Below are positions 1 through 10,904 of a DNA stretch of 64,000 nt, in pieces. Under the pieces are notes generated by a model, which saw only the letters and a list, made by a program, of their open reading frames with translations, was not told the origin of the DNA and did not search any database. This stretch comes from an uncultured Nitrososphaerales archaeon. GTDB taxonomy: Archaea > Thermoproteota > Nitrososphaeria > Nitrososphaerales > Nitrososphaeraceae. Positions within the stretch are counted from its first letter, which is position 1. Every line of letters begins with the position of its first letter. A program made the translations under genes and the position numbers. The stretch lies in assembly GCA_963713605.1 (NCBI GenBank), contig CAVQMO010000001.1, positions 544,001-608,000 of the forward strand, written 5' to 3'.

Positions 1-1
1 A

Positions 2-229
2 ATGGAAGGGGCTCTTGCATCAGTTATATCAGCATTGGTAGATGTCCCCGTCATAGGAGTACCCACGTCTGTCGGTTACGGCATGGGATCTGGTGGCATC
101 GGAGCATTGACATCAATGCTGCAGACCTGCACATTTGGCTTGGCCGTCATGAATATCGATAACGGCATAGGTGCTGGTGCCTTTGCTCGCTCTGATCTGC
201 AAGAGGATGTCATTAAGGCATCACACTAA
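2..229 (+). CDS. larB: LarB-like / AIR carboxylase (PurE-fold) protein, C-terminal part (truncated by window edge)
   Basis: [43 protein letters not shown] motifs; C-terminus probably frameshifted near 187. Confidence 0.8.
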   Translation: MEGALASVISALVDVPVIGVPTSVGYGMGSGGIGALTSMLQTCTFGLAVMNIDNGIGAGAFARSDLQEDVIKASH

Positions 230-353
230 AAATGATTTGCTTCGCACTCACTCACTTACGAGGAGATCCAGACCAAGCTAATCTTCTCAAACGTTTATAA
301 AGGCATTTCATTCGTTGGTTATAATTACGTGAAAAGGTGTAGATGAAAATATA

Positions 354-953
354 ATGGGTTACATTGCTACGCTCAAGAGGATTAGAAACGGTCGAACAAA
401 TTACAGGAAAAGGGCCGCTCTCCTTCTCTCAAGAAGAAGATTTGTTACTATAACCGTTAGTGACGAGAATGTTCAAGCTCAGATTGCATACCCGATGGCA
501 AAGGGGGATGTTACTATAACCTCATCACACAGCAGAGAACTCACAAGATTCGGTTGGAACGGTTCTCTGAATTCTCTCCCTGCGTGTTACTTAACAGGTT
601 TGTTGTTGGGCAAGAAGTCTCTGCGAAAGGATGTAGACGAGGCTGTCCTATATACAGGTAAGAACCCGTTTACGTCTAGAGTCGCCGCCTGCCTAAAGGG
701 TATAATTGATTCTGGGATGAAAGTCCCTGCATCAGATTCTTCATTTCCGCCCGAAGAACGCTTGGTGGGAAATCATATCGCAGAATATGCCCGAATTCTG
801 CAAGACGAGAATAAAGATGCTTATAACAATCGCTTTTCAAGGTTAATCGCTAATAATTTCGATCCGACTCAATACAGCAGATACGTACGCAAAGTTAAGG
901 ATGCTATTACTACTTCAGATGGACTAGGTAAAAATGCAGACGAAGAGAAGTGA
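354..953 (+). CDS. rpl18: 50S ribosomal protein L18 (uL18)
   Basis: RRxGRTNYRKR N-terminus, SLPACYLTGLL motif, position in spc-type operon. Confidence 0.95.
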   Translation: MGYIATLKRIRNGRTNYRKRAALLLSRRRFVTITVSDENVQAQIAYPMAKGDVTITSSHSRELTRFGWNGSLNSLPACYLTGLLLGKKSLRKDVDEAVLYTGKNPFTSRVAACLKGIIDSGMKVPASDSSFPPEERLVGNHIAEYARILQDENKDAYNNRFSRLIANNFDPTQYSRYVRKVKDAITTSDGLGKNADEEK

Positions 954-969
954 GTTGGAGTAGATTGAA

Positions 970-1581
970 TTGAGCCGACAAAATCAGCAGCATGCTGAGT
1001 GGGTACCAAGGACATCCTTGGGCTTGCTGGTGGCCAGTGGAAAGATAAACTCGATGGACGAAGTCTACGAAAATGGACTCAGGATACAAGAATCAGAGAT
1101 TATAAAGCGTCTGCTTCCAGACATTCGAAGTCAAGTTGTGCACGTAGGCATTGTTCAGAAGCAGACAGACGCTGGAGAGATGACTAGATTCAATGCCATC
1201 GTAGCAGTAGGCAATGAGGCAGGATGGTTTGGAATAGGAAAGGGTAAGGCATCTCAGATGAGAATTGCAATCGATAAAGCGACCAATACCGCCTTTTTGA
1301 ACGTCATCCCAGTGAAGCGTGGATGTGGAAGTTGGGAGTGTCGTTGTAATCAAACACATTCAGTTCCGTTCAAAGTGACAGGTAGAGGCGGTAGCGTAAC
1401 TATTGAAATTATCCCCGGGCCTCGAGGCCTTGGGCTGGTTGCGGGCGAGAATATACGAAGTCTGTTAAAGCTAGCTGGTTTAACTGACGCATGGACGAAA
1501 TCATTTGGATCAACCAGTACAATGTCTTCGACGACCAAGGCTATATTTGACGCATTGCGGAGCACTTATAGTAAAGGGTAA
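970..1581 (+). CDS. rps5: 30S ribosomal protein S5 (uS5)
   Basis: WVPRTxLG, QKQTDAGE, RGCGSWEC, PGPRGLGLVAG motifs. Confidence 0.97.
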   Translation: MSRQNQQHAEWVPRTSLGLLVASGKINSMDEVYENGLRIQESEIIKRLLPDIRSQVVHVGIVQKQTDAGEMTRFNAIVAVGNEAGWFGIGKGKASQMRIAIDKATNTAFLNVIPVKRGCGSWECRCNQTHSVPFKVTGRGGSVTIEIIPGPRGLGLVAGENIRSLLKLAGLTDAWTKSFGSTSTMSSTTKAIFDALRSTYSKG

Positions 1582-1596
1582 AGGGGAACTAGAGTA

Positions 1597-2055
1597 ATGG
1601 CTTATTTGGTTGTTAGGATGCGCGGTACTGTTAATGTTCCATATTGGGCCGATACCACCTTAGAGAGTCTTAATCTTGCAAAGAAATTCAGGGCAACAAT
1701 TGTACCAGAAAGTACCGAGTATTCGGGTATGCTAAATAGAATAAGGCAGCTTGTTACGTGGTGTCACGTCGACAATGAGACAGTTAAAGATCTTTTGAAT
1801 AAGAAAGGTAGAAAGACAGCATCCCAACCTTTGAAAGAATCTGACTTACCAAAGGAGTATAGCAACATGGACAAACTTGCGTCTGATATCGCCAACGATG
1901 CAGTAGTATTCTCCAAACTGAATGGTATAAAACCATGGTTTGCATTGAATCCACCTCGCGGCGGGTTTAAGAAGTCTATCAAGAAGCAAACAACTCAAAA
2001 TGGAATCCTAGGAGAGAACAAATTATTGATCGATCTCGTTAAGAAAATGATGTGA
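1597..2055 (+). CDS. rpl30: 50S ribosomal protein L30 (archaeal uL30)
   Basis: VVRMRGTVN, FALNPPRGGF motifs, synteny. Confidence 0.95.
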   Translation: MAYLVVRMRGTVNVPYWADTTLESLNLAKKFRATIVPESTEYSGMLNRIRQLVTWCHVDNETVKDLLNKKGRKTASQPLKESDLPKEYSNMDKLASDIANDAVVFSKLNGIKPWFALNPPRGGFKKSIKKQTTQNGILGENKLLIDLVKKMM

Positions 2056-2143
2056 GAGAGCCACGGAGCAAGACTTATTTAAGGTTAGACCCATCTCCAA
2101 CACCAAGACGTTGGGTTTGAACGTGGGAGAGAAGTAACTGATT

Positions 2144-2585
2144 ATGGCTACTAGATTCAGAAAGAGTCGAAGACAAAGGGGAAGTAGGTTTTGCGGCTGG
2201 GGGCAGATAGGGCAACATAGACAATCTGGTAGCCGAGGTGGCATTGGCGGGGCAGGAAAACACAAACACTTGTGGATCAAAACCGTCATTGAAGAACCTG
2301 ATCATTTTGGACATGATTCTACAAAACCTATGCGACAAAATAGATTAAATCGCTGGGTTAATTTGAGAGACGTAAACGATTTGGCAACCCGGTTCGGCAG
2401 TACTAACGAACATGGCAAGCTGAATACTAGATCTGAGATCGATTGGTTATAACAAGCTCTTGGGAGGAGGAACGCTCCAGAAACCTATCGTAGTACAAGT
2501 GGCCAAGGTTTCTGCAACTGCAAAACAAAAGATCGAATTAGCAGGAGGCGAAATAGTTCTGAATGAAGAAATCAGTTCAAAGTAG
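2144..2585 (+). CDS. rpl15: 50S ribosomal protein L15 (uL15), one apparent frameshift near 2423
   Basis: RKSRRQRGSRFCGWG..GGIGGAG; after the frame change reads LDLRSIGYNKLLGGG..AKQKIELAGGE..* ending at 2585. Confidence 0.92.
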
Positions 2586-4003
2586 TGAAAGTCCATTTCG
2601 GCGCATCATAAAGCGCGTATCTACTTACATACCTCAGGTCGAAAAACCCAAGAAAAAATTAACGCTTAGTGAGAAATTTGTATGGTGCGGTATTGCTCTC
2701 CTTATCTATCTTATCATGGGCCAAGTCCCACTTTACGGTGTCACAGATGATCCTGCATTTGATTTCCTCGCTTTCGCCAGAGTAATCTTCGCTGCTCAGC
2801 AAGGAACATTATTGGAATTAGGCATCGGACCAATAGTCACTGCAGGTCTGCTAATGCAACTTCTTAAGGGATCCGAGCTGATAAAACTCAACTTCAAAAA
2901 CCCTGATGATAGGGCATTGTTTACTTCTGCGACCAAACTTGTCACGATTATAGTTATAGTTGCGGAAGGTACGCTTTATGGTTCAAGCGTTTATGGAGGA
3001 CTAGTAGCCCAACCCGAGTTTGTAGCAATCGTCATACTACAGTTGGTTGGTGCCAGCTTGATAGTTATGCTCGCTCGATGAGTAGTCCAAAAGGGATGGG
3101 GATTAGGCTCAGGTATTAGTCTTTTCATAATGGCTGGAGTTGCGCAGGGTATATGGTGGGCGGTATTCAGTCCAATTCCAGCCCCAGATGGTGGAAGCGT
3201 CGGTATCGTTCCATTCATGGTAGAGTCAGCTATGAATGGTGATTTCCAAGAAGCAATATTTAGGTCGGGACAGCTGCCGAGTCTCTTTGGCCTCATAGTC
3301 ACTGGTCTGGTATTGGCTGTGCTTGTGTACGTCCAGGGAATTCACATTGATATCCCTATCGTGTCAACAAAATATAGAGGATTTAAGGCAGTTTATCCTA
3401 TCAAGTCTGCTGTATACTTCAAACATCCCGGTTATATTGGCGTCAGCACTACTTGCCAATGCTGTTTTCATTGGCCAAATGATGTGGGCAAACTATAATC
3501 CTCAGAATTCAAACCCTGCATTCAACTATATCGCGCAATATGATCCCGGGAATCCCCAGAGTCCCACAGGAGGATTGTTGTATTACACTACCCCTCCAAG
3601 GAGCTTCGAAGCGGCGGCTCAAGACCCTGTACGGGCTGTAGCGTATGTCTTATTCCTCACCACTATAGTAACAATTTTTGCGAAATTATGGGTTGAACTT
3701 GGTGGTTTGTCACCTAAAGCTGCAGCTAAGAACTTACTTGATGCCGACGTACAAGTACCCGGGTTCAGACGTTCTGAGGGATCGGTTGAAGCTCTGCTAA
3801 ATCGTTATATCCCGTCTGTAACTATTATTGGAGGTGTAACTATAGGCCTGCTAGCATCGATTTCTGATGTGTTAAACGTTTTTGGTACAGGTATAGGGAT
3901 CCTGCTAATGGTCGATATCCTGGTGAATTACTACAATTTGCTTGTGCGTGAACAGGTTGACGTTCATATGCCAAAATTGGCGGCCTTACTTGGCAGGAAA
4001 TAA
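2563..4003 (+). CDS. secY: Preprotein translocase SecY, apparent indels near 3070-3082 and ~3405
   Basis: GTLLELGIGPIVTAGL, KGWGLGSGISLFI, LLYTSNIPVIL, VPGFRRS, GTGIGILLMV motifs spread over three ORF pieces. Confidence 0.95.
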
Positions 4004-4598
4004 CATTCATAGCAATGCTAGGGTGGTTGTAGTTGGTGTGCCTGGGGTAGGAAAAACGACGGTCATTACTCAGGCTGCTGAACAATTGAACCAATTGGGA
4101 TCAAAAACTCAAGTGGTGGTGTTTGGTTCGTTAATGTTAGACGAGGCGAAAAAAATGGGTATTAAAGACAGGGATGAAATGCGGAAACTGTCAATTACTA
4201 CCCAGCGTCAACTTCAAGAAATGGCAGCCAGGAGCATTAGCGCTATGCGAAGTGCTAATCTTGTAATCGATACTCATCTTTTTATCAATACTAGCGAAGG
4301 AAGATATCCAGGCATGCCACGAAATCTTCTGGACATATTGTCGCCTACGCATTTGGTCATGATTTCTGCAGACCCCGAAGAAATTTTTGCACGAAGGATG
4401 CAAGACGATACTAGAAAGAGAGATTTAATTTCCATAGACAGTATCAAGAACGATTTAGATGTGGCGACCATCATGATAGCAGCATCTTCCGTGTTGACTG
4501 GCGCCCCTTTTAAGATAATTTTTAACCATGAGGATAAGCTAAATGATGCTGTCCGTGAATTAGTCGAAGTAATGTCAATTAAAAGAGAGAGAAAATGA
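3990..4598 (+). CDS. adkA: Adenylate kinase (archaeal AdkA)
   Basis: P-loop GVPGVGKTT, DRDEMRKL, IDTH; follows secY; TTG start at 3990 inferred. Confidence 0.92.
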   Translation: MAGNNIHSNARVVVVGVPGVGKTTVITQAAEQLNQLGSKTQVVVFGSLMLDEAKKMGIKDRDEMRKLSITTQRQLQEMAARSISAMRSANLVIDTHLFINTSEGRYPGMPRNLLDILSPTHLVMISADPEEIFARRMQDDTRKRDLISIDSIKNDLDVATIMIAASSVLTGAPFKIIFNHEDKLNDAVRELVEVMSIKRERK

Positions 4599-5213
4599 TA
4601 CACCCAAGCATTATCGACTCCCTCGTTATGCAGTTGCCTGGTCTAACTCCTCACTACACAAAAAATCCTCTCTTTCCTGATATGGTTTCTGCACTAATTG
4701 TGGCTGCACTAATTGCTATCTCAATGAACTTTGCAATGGCTATGCTTAGGAAGCGGACTACAGATATTGACAAGATGAATAGAGTTATGAAAGAAACCAA
4801 CGAGTGGCGAAAACAGTATACGGATGCTATCAGGAAACGCGATAAGGTTCGTGTAGAGGAGCTAAAAAAGAAGCAAGCTTCAGTAAATAAGATGACTATG
4901 GAGATGCAGCAGGCAGCAGATGAGACCGATGCTGATCTATATGATGCCTTCACTGTTGGTTTGGATACTTGTGTTTCCAGCCATATTTGGTTCTACAGCT
5001 GGTCTCTCTCCAATTCAAATTCCCTGGATTACATGTAGTCAAGAAAATGTTCAGTTGGATCAGCAAGTAGACACCGACGGGCAACCAAAAGGTGCCTGTT
5101 CTGTCCCCGGGGAGATTTTCCTATGGGGTTGGTTTCTGATTACATCATTTGCATTTAGCGGCATGATTTCCAAAATAACCAAAACGTCTATGCCTGGCCT
5201 TACCGGAAATTGA
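4595..5213 (+). CDS. EMC3/TMCO1 (DUF106, Oxa1 superfamily) membrane protein, frameshift near 4912
   Basis: TM + coiled coil + MRPMLIYMMP + C-terminal WFLITSF; conserved position between adk and cmk. Confidence 0.85.
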
Positions 5214-5878
5214 ACTTAAGAAACCAGGAGGTGAATGACTCCATCCATGATGGAAGTGTCGGTGCTAGAAGAGCAGTGGACGAAAGGAGACATAACAAGT
5301 TACGAACATTCTCGATAATTGTTTCAGGCTGGCCTGCGGTTGGTAAAACTACTGTTGCCGCAGAGCTAGCCAATGAATTTGGACTAAAGATTTACAACGG
5401 TGGCGATATCCTTAAACAGATCGCTACTAACATGGGATACCAAACATCTGGTACCGATTGGTGGGATAGTAAGGAGGGCAGAGAGTTCATGGAGAAAAGG
5501 AGGAGTGATCCTATTTCCGATAGGGAAGTCGATAACAAGTTGAAGGAGATCATAAAAGGCGGTAACGCAGTAATAACAAGCTATACTCTTCCATGGTTGG
5601 TAAAGGATAACTGTATCAAGCTATGGCTTCAAGGTTCCCCCCAGAATAGGGCTACAAGAATGGCAACAAGGGATAAGATTAACTATGTTAAGGCTGCGGA
5701 AATCGTAAAGGAGAGGGATTACCAGAATAGACAGATTTATGAGGATTTATACGGATTTGAATTTGGGAAGGATCTCTCCGTTTTTGATTTTTCATTAAAT
5801 ACCGATATGATGGATCTTAGTTCCCTTATCCAGATATCAAAGGAGATAGTAAGGAAGGTCAAGTACCGGGCAAATTGA
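5210..5878 (+). CDS. cmk: Cytidylate kinase (archaeal type)
   Basis: SGWPAVGKTTVA P-loop, DREVD, R..R..D, YxDLYG; true start probably downstream of 5210. Confidence 0.88.
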   Translation: MNLRNQEVNDSIHDGSVGARRAVDERRHNKLRTFSIIVSGWPAVGKTTVAAELANEFGLKIYNGGDILKQIATNMGYQTSGTDWWDSKEGREFMEKRRSDPISDREVDNKLKEIIKGGNAVITSYTLPWLVKDNCIKLWLQGSPQNRATRMATRDKINYVKAAEIVKERDYQNRQIYEDLYGFEFGKDLSVFDFSLNTDMMDLSSLIQISKEIVRKVKYRAN

Positions 5879-6271
5879 CCGCTAATTTAGTTCAACAATG
5901 CCAATCATTAGTTCATTCATTCTTTTTCTAATTGTCATTTTATGGAGACTTTTAATTTCTTGTCCCCTTGCAGATATTTTAATTCATGTAGGACACATGA
6001 AAGACCCAAAGAAAACATTCTGACTGACATTGCAGGTTAAACCTATCATACAAAGGCCAATTCAATTTCGATTGAGTTAGTGAATTCCATCATATTCACG
6101 AATAAACACTCATCAGGAACTGTTGAATTCACGTTGACAATCAATGCTTAACTCCGCAATTCAAGCTCCATGACCATAACGACGATGGAGGGCTCTTTCT
6201 CCCTCTACCATGGTGGATCTTGTCATATCGTGGACTACAAGATAACATAGGTCAGGAAACCTTTAAATTCT

Positions 6272-6901
6272 GTGATCGAGGTTTTTCAGCATAAGGAAAT
6301 GACTACGATTAGCAAATCGATGGAAATCAAGGCTCCACTGAGCGAGGTTTTTACCTATTTCGCGCGACCTGAACACATGGCTGATCAATTCCCTGAAAAT
6401 ATGGGATTGAACATTATCCCTTTAGAAGTAAAAAATGGATTTGGGGTCGGTACCATATTTAGAATAAGCGGAGATTTTGATGGTAAGAAGCTGGAGTGGG
6501 ATTGTGAAACAATAGATTATGTGCCTCACCGCCGAATCGTGGCTAAGATGATTGACGGGCCTTTCAAGAGATGGGAAATAGTAGTTGAATTTGAGGAAGT
6601 CAATAGCAGTGCTACTAAAATCAGCATGCGCGTTGACTATGATATGCCTTTAGGACCTCTTGGTGGCTTAATGGATAAAGTCAAATTAAAGAAGACTGCC
6701 GAACGAGGAATGGAAAATGGTCTGTATAGAGTAAAGGCGTTGTTAGAGGGAACAGGTTCTATACCAGTCTATATAACCCTTGATGCCTATAGACGTGTAT
6801 TAAAAGAGAAGGAGAGACTCCACTGTTCAGTTTCAGACGCTATAGTCACGTTATTGAAGGAGCGTGATGAGAGCCGAGTAGCGGCCAATGTACCAGCTTA
6901 A
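6272..6901 (+). CDS. SRPBCC/polyketide cyclase family protein
   Basis: SMEIKAPLSEVF..P, GPFKRWE, YDMPLGPLG motifs. Confidence 0.8.
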   Translation: MIEVFQHKEMTTISKSMEIKAPLSEVFTYFARPEHMADQFPENMGLNIIPLEVKNGFGVGTIFRISGDFDGKKLEWDCETIDYVPHRRIVAKMIDGPFKRWEIVVEFEEVNSSATKISMRVDYDMPLGPLGGLMDKVKLKKTAERGMENGLYRVKALLEGTGSIPVYITLDAYRRVLKEKERLHCSVSDAIVTLLKERDESRVAANVPA

Positions 6902-7006
6902 TCAGTGATTCGGGCTATTTCATTTTCTTGCAGAAAGTCAAATGGGGAGCAAAAGCCTAACTTTCTATTTTATTGATTGCGAAGAATTAGATGCTTCTAT
7001 ATTAGA

Positions 7007-7014
7007 TTTAAATA
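7007..7014 (+). promoter_or_regulatory. Putative TATA box of the tRNA gene
   Basis: TTTAAATA ~30 bp upstream of the tRNA 5' end. Confidence 0.5.
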
Positions 7015-7041
7015 TCTGCATATCTTGAATTTCCACCTGAT

Positions 7042-7134
7042 GGGTTCGTAGCTCAGCCAGGTAGAGCGTCTGGCTCTTAACCAGTCAGTGTGAATTGGGT
7101 TATAATGTCGTGGGTCCGAATCCCACCGAACCCG
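7042..7134 (+). tRNA. tRNA-Lys(CTT) with ~19-nt intron at a non-canonical position (3' of the anticodon stem / variable loop)
   Basis: Acceptor GGGTTCG/CGAACCC, D-arm GCTC..GAGC, anticodon arm CTGG-CT-CTT-AA-CCAG, T-arm GTGGG-TCCGAAT-CCCAC; 93 nt minus 19 gives a 74-nt cloverleaf. Confidence 0.9.
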
Positions 7135-7168
7135 CTACGATATCGGTTCTTAAATAGGATTCTAACGT

Positions 7169-8267
7169 ATGAAAGGGTGCACAAGATTGAAAGGAACCCC
7201 GAAAAATGATCCATATTCCTTATTCGTATTCTCATTGAAGTCCAGAGAGAGCAGGACGAAGTATACTCAGAGAATAAGCAAATTCTTTGATTTTATCGAT
7301 ATTCCTGATTCTTGCATAGAGAGTCGGTGCATTCTCTTCTTAGACAAGGGAATGCAGGACTCTAAATACGTCTTGAACAGCATCATTACGTTCTTGCGAG
7401 CCCAAAAGGAACGCATAGAAAACAAGGAAATCTCCGGGGGAACAGTTAGGAATTACGTCAATACAATCAAACTGTTATGCGAGGTGTGCGAATTTGTCAT
7501 CCCGTGGAAAAAAGTCTTGCGCGGGATGTCGAGGGGCCGAAGATGTGCTATTGATCGCGCTCCTACGCTTGAAGAAATAAAGAAGATAATCGAGTATCCT
7601 GACAGACGGATGAAATGTATAGTGTATACAATGGCCTCGTCTGGTATGAGACTTGGGGCCTGGGACTATCTCAAGTGGGGACACGTTAAACCGGTTTATG
7701 AAAACGGCGAAGTTTTGGTCGCTATGATTCGAGTGTATGCGGAAGAAGACGATGAATATCTAACAATGCAGAGAAGCATATTCTGCATTGTTAGATTGGA
7801 TGGATTTCCGAACGAGATCTGGAGAAACGGTAAACTCCGAGAGTTGGGTCCTAAGAAACCTGTGGGATTTAGAGTCCAGAGGGCAAGGGATCGCCAGTGT
7901 TCCTAAACGATTGAAGTCATCGGGTGTAAAGAGGTTAATGGAACGTGCCCAATACGCTCAGGGTGTAAGAAAGAAATAAGAGAACGGGAAGAAACGACAC
8001 GAATTTCAGTTGGACCATGGATCTAGGAAATGGTTTAAGACGCAGTGCGAGATCGCAGAAATGAAAACGATAAATATAGAGACACTTATGGGACACTCCT
8101 TAGGCACATCCGACTCGTATTATAGAATTACTGAGCAAGATCTTTTAAAGGACTATCTTAAGGCCGGACCTGGCGTTTTGACAATAAATAGTACCGAAAA
8201 GAAATTGCGAATAGTTCTTCCTTTAGTTTCGAAATTGCGAATAGTTCTTCCTTTAGTTTCGATTTAG
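7169..8267 (+). pseudogene. Tyrosine recombinase / integrase, fragmented (frameshift ~7765, stop at 7977-7979, 3' end altered by a tandem duplication)
   Basis: SSGMRLGA (catalytic R), HGSRKWF (HxxR), ETLMGHSLG..DSYY (H and Y); lies 35 bp after the tRNA. Confidence 0.9.
8201..8260 (+). repeat. Perfect 30-bp tandem duplication
   Basis: gaaattgcgaatagttcttcctttagtttc x2. Confidence 0.95.
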
Positions 8268-8615
8268 ATCCAGATTTGGTAATCGGCCCGCTACGAGGAT
8301 TTGGATTCGAAAAAGCAAGACTAACGTTTTTACATGAAGAATCGTTACAGCATTGAGTCGTCTCCTTGGTTGCGTGGATGGCTAAACAGCAGCAGGAATC
8401 AGCCTTACAGTTTATGCAGATTAGAGAGTTCTCATGATATTCGCTTCGGCTGCATTCTAGAGGAGCACATTCTCATACCGTGCACTTTACTACATTATTC
8501 ATATTCTAAGTATATTCAGGGTAAGGATGGCATATAGTTAATCCATACTGGTGCGGGTGTAGATGTGTTACAAGGTAAAGCATGATCCTAGGTAATAATA
8601 AATAGAAAAAATGCC

Positions 8616-10040
8616 ATGATACGCCTGGGGTTCAACTTGGCTGATGAAAGTGAAAATAGGAGTAAAGATAAAGCAGAATATGTCAAGCCGCAGATACGGC
8701 TAGGTCTTAAACCTAATATCAATCAGTTTTTGCTCTTAATACTAGTAAACGCCTTCGTGGGTGCAATGATCGGTCTAGAACAAACAGTCGTTCCACTCTT
8801 AGGAAAAGAGGAATTTGGTCTAGAGTCCAATGTTCTAATTTTATCTTTTATTGCTAGTTTTGGGATGGTTAAGGCTATTCTCAACCTCTTTGCAGGTAAA
8901 CTATCTGATAGGTGGAACAGGAAAAAGGTCTTAATTTTAGGCTGGCTATTTGGTATACCTGTTCCTCTCATACTACTCTTTGCGCCAAGTTGGGACTGGA
9001 TCTTGATTGCAAACATAATGTTAGGAGTAAATCAAGGTCTAGCGTGGTCAATGACAGTAAACATGAAAATCGATTTGGTCGGAAAAGAGAAAAGAGGTCT
9101 GGCCTTGGGACTAAATGAATTTGCTGGCTACATCTCTGTTGCCATTGTAGGCTTCCTGACAGGTTATCTCGCAGCCGCTTATGGTTTGAAGCCATACCCA
9201 TTTTATTTGGGAATAGCATTTTCACTATTGGGTTTCATTATCTCCGTTACCTTGGTTAAAGATACTTCAAGATTTACCGAACTAGAACTACGGCAAGACA
9301 AGGAGGAGCAACTAAAAAGAGAACACCAGAAGAACCAAGAAGAAGGTGATGAGAGTTCAATAATAAGGAAAAAACCTGCAATAGAGAAAAGTGAAACATC
9401 CGTAAATTATAATCAGGAAATCGAAAATGATAATCTAAAATTCAAACAGGTATTCATTGAAACATCTTGGAAGAATCGTTCCCTATTAGCAGCGAGTCAA
9501 GCGGGGCTTGTCAATAATTTGATTTTTGGTGTGACATGGGGCTTATTTACACTCTACTTTGTTTCATTTGGAATAAGTGTAAGCGATACCGCATTTCTAA
9601 AGGCGCTACATCCTGGGGTGTGGGGGTTCTTACAACTTGCAACGGGCCCGCTAAGTGACAGAGTAGGTAGGAAGAGACTCATTTATCCTGGTATGATTAT
9701 TCAAGCAGTTGGTATCTGGATAATATTATTCTCTGCAAGTTCTTATTTTGGATTAATCATGGGGATGTCACTTTTGGGCGTGGGAACAGCCCTTGTATAT
9801 CCTACACTTCTTGCCTCAATAAGTGACATTGCGAATCCACACTGGAGGGCTACATCATTGGGTGTTTACAGATTCTGGAGAGATTTGGGTTTTGTATTTG
9901 GTGCTGTTGGTATAGGTTTTCTAGCGGACGCAGTTGGCTTAAACATCGCCATTCAGGCAGTCGCATGGATTTCTTTGGGGTCAGGAATATTTGTTCTGTT
10001 GGTTATGCATGAAACCAGGATGCCTGGCAGGTCAAATTAG
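8616..10040 (+). CDS. MFS transporter
   Basis: ~12 hydrophobic segments, GKLSDRWNRK and GPLSDRVGRK loop motifs. Confidence 0.92.
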   Translation: MIRLGFNLADESENRSKDKAEYVKPQIRLGLKPNINQFLLLILVNAFVGAMIGLEQTVVPLLGKEEFGLESNVLILSFIASFGMVKAILNLFAGKLSDRWNRKKVLILGWLFGIPVPLILLFAPSWDWILIANIMLGVNQGLAWSMTVNMKIDLVGKEKRGLALGLNEFAGYISVAIVGFLTGYLAAAYGLKPYPFYLGIAFSLLGFIISVTLVKDTSRFTELELRQDKEEQLKREHQKNQEEGDESSIIRKKPAIEKSETSVNYNQEIENDNLKFKQVFIETSWKNRSLLAASQAGLVNNLIFGVTWGLFTLYFVSFGISVSDTAFLKALHPGVWGFLQLATGPLSDRVGRKRLIYPGMIIQAVGIWIILFSASSYFGLIMGMSLLGVGTALVYPTLLASISDIANPHWRATSLGVYRFWRDLGFVFGAVGIGFLADAVGLNIAIQAVAWISLGSGIFVLLVMHETRMPGRSN

Positions 10041-10086
10041 ATATGATGATATTGTTGTGAAATTCATCGCCTTTTAACAACTCAAT

Positions 10087-10118
10087 CGAACCCGCATACA
10101 AAGTTCCGAATCCCACCG
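10087..10118 (+). repeat. att-like remnants of the tRNA-Lys 3' end
   Basis: tccgaatcccaccg (10105-10118) = tRNA 7115-7128; cgaacccgc (10087-10095) = 7127-7135. Confidence 0.75.
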
Positions 10119-10532
10119 GAATTACAAATGTTTTGTTATTCCCATTGGTTAGCGCCTCCCGTAGACACTACGACCAGGCGGCCGAAGGTACTTTCGAGGG
10201 CTAACCCTGACTGGCTGGCTCGGCTCATCACACGACGGTTGCCACCCGAAGAGTGGCCCGCTGGTCTCAAAAAGCGTATGGAAGATATCAAGGTTATCGT
10301 TGACATGACAATTGCAACATGATGGAGCAGTTATATTGATGAGGTCTGACTGATGAGGTCTGACGAACAAACATTCCAACTTTTGGATAGGCAAACCATA
10401 TTTGTACTAATAGGGAATCAATTTTCAAACCGCTTCCGATGTGGATACCACAAAACTAGAACCGATGTCTGTCCGGCTTAATTACTACTGAAGAACATTG
10501 GGTCATAAAATTATGTCAAATATGGTTTATGG

Positions 10533-10868
10533 GTGTTCGTTAGGACCGCAATAGAAAATGGGGAAGGTTCACTGGATAAGGAATCAACTAGTCATGAGGG
10601 CCTGCTTGATAGTTTCAGAAATGTCCTAGATATTCTTGCGGAACGAGTGTACAATGACACTAAAACAGACGTATTCGAAAATAATATAGTATCACAAAGC
10701 GGGGTTCCAAAATCAATGGTTCAAATCTACTTAAATGAATTAGAGTCTCGGTGCCTCGCCGAGGAAGTACGACCTAGACCTAGCGGTGTGGACTTCAGAC
10801 TATGGAGGATAAAGAAACAAGGGGTTAGAAGCGTTAGAGGATCAAGACCTGAAATAGTATACATCTAA
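10533..10868 (+). pseudogene. Chimeric ORF: terminase-like C-terminal fragment (10542-10619) fused to a winged-helix fragment
   Basis: RTAIENGEGSLDKESTSHEGLLDSFR, then SGVPKSMVQIYLNELESR..LWRIKKQG. Confidence 0.55.
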
Positions 10869-10904
10869 TATATTCCAGCGATACTCTACATATAATGGCA
10901 AGAA

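Noticed and set aside
2420..4915. Programmed frameshifting in rpl15, secY or the TMCO1-like gene
   Set aside because: No slippery heptamers at the sites and several unrelated genes are affected; sequencing error is simpler.
999..4953. Short overlapping and antisense ORFs within the ribosomal operon (and similar shadows of long genes elsewhere)
   Set aside because: Shadow ORFs of well-supported genes with no recognisable motifs.
10337..10370. CTGATGA..GAA resembling a hammerhead ribozyme core, or C/D-box sRNA boxes (TGATGA/CTGA twice)
   Set aside because: Stem II cannot form and GAAA is absent; C-to-D spacers are only 3 nt. Explained by a 14-bp tandem duplication.
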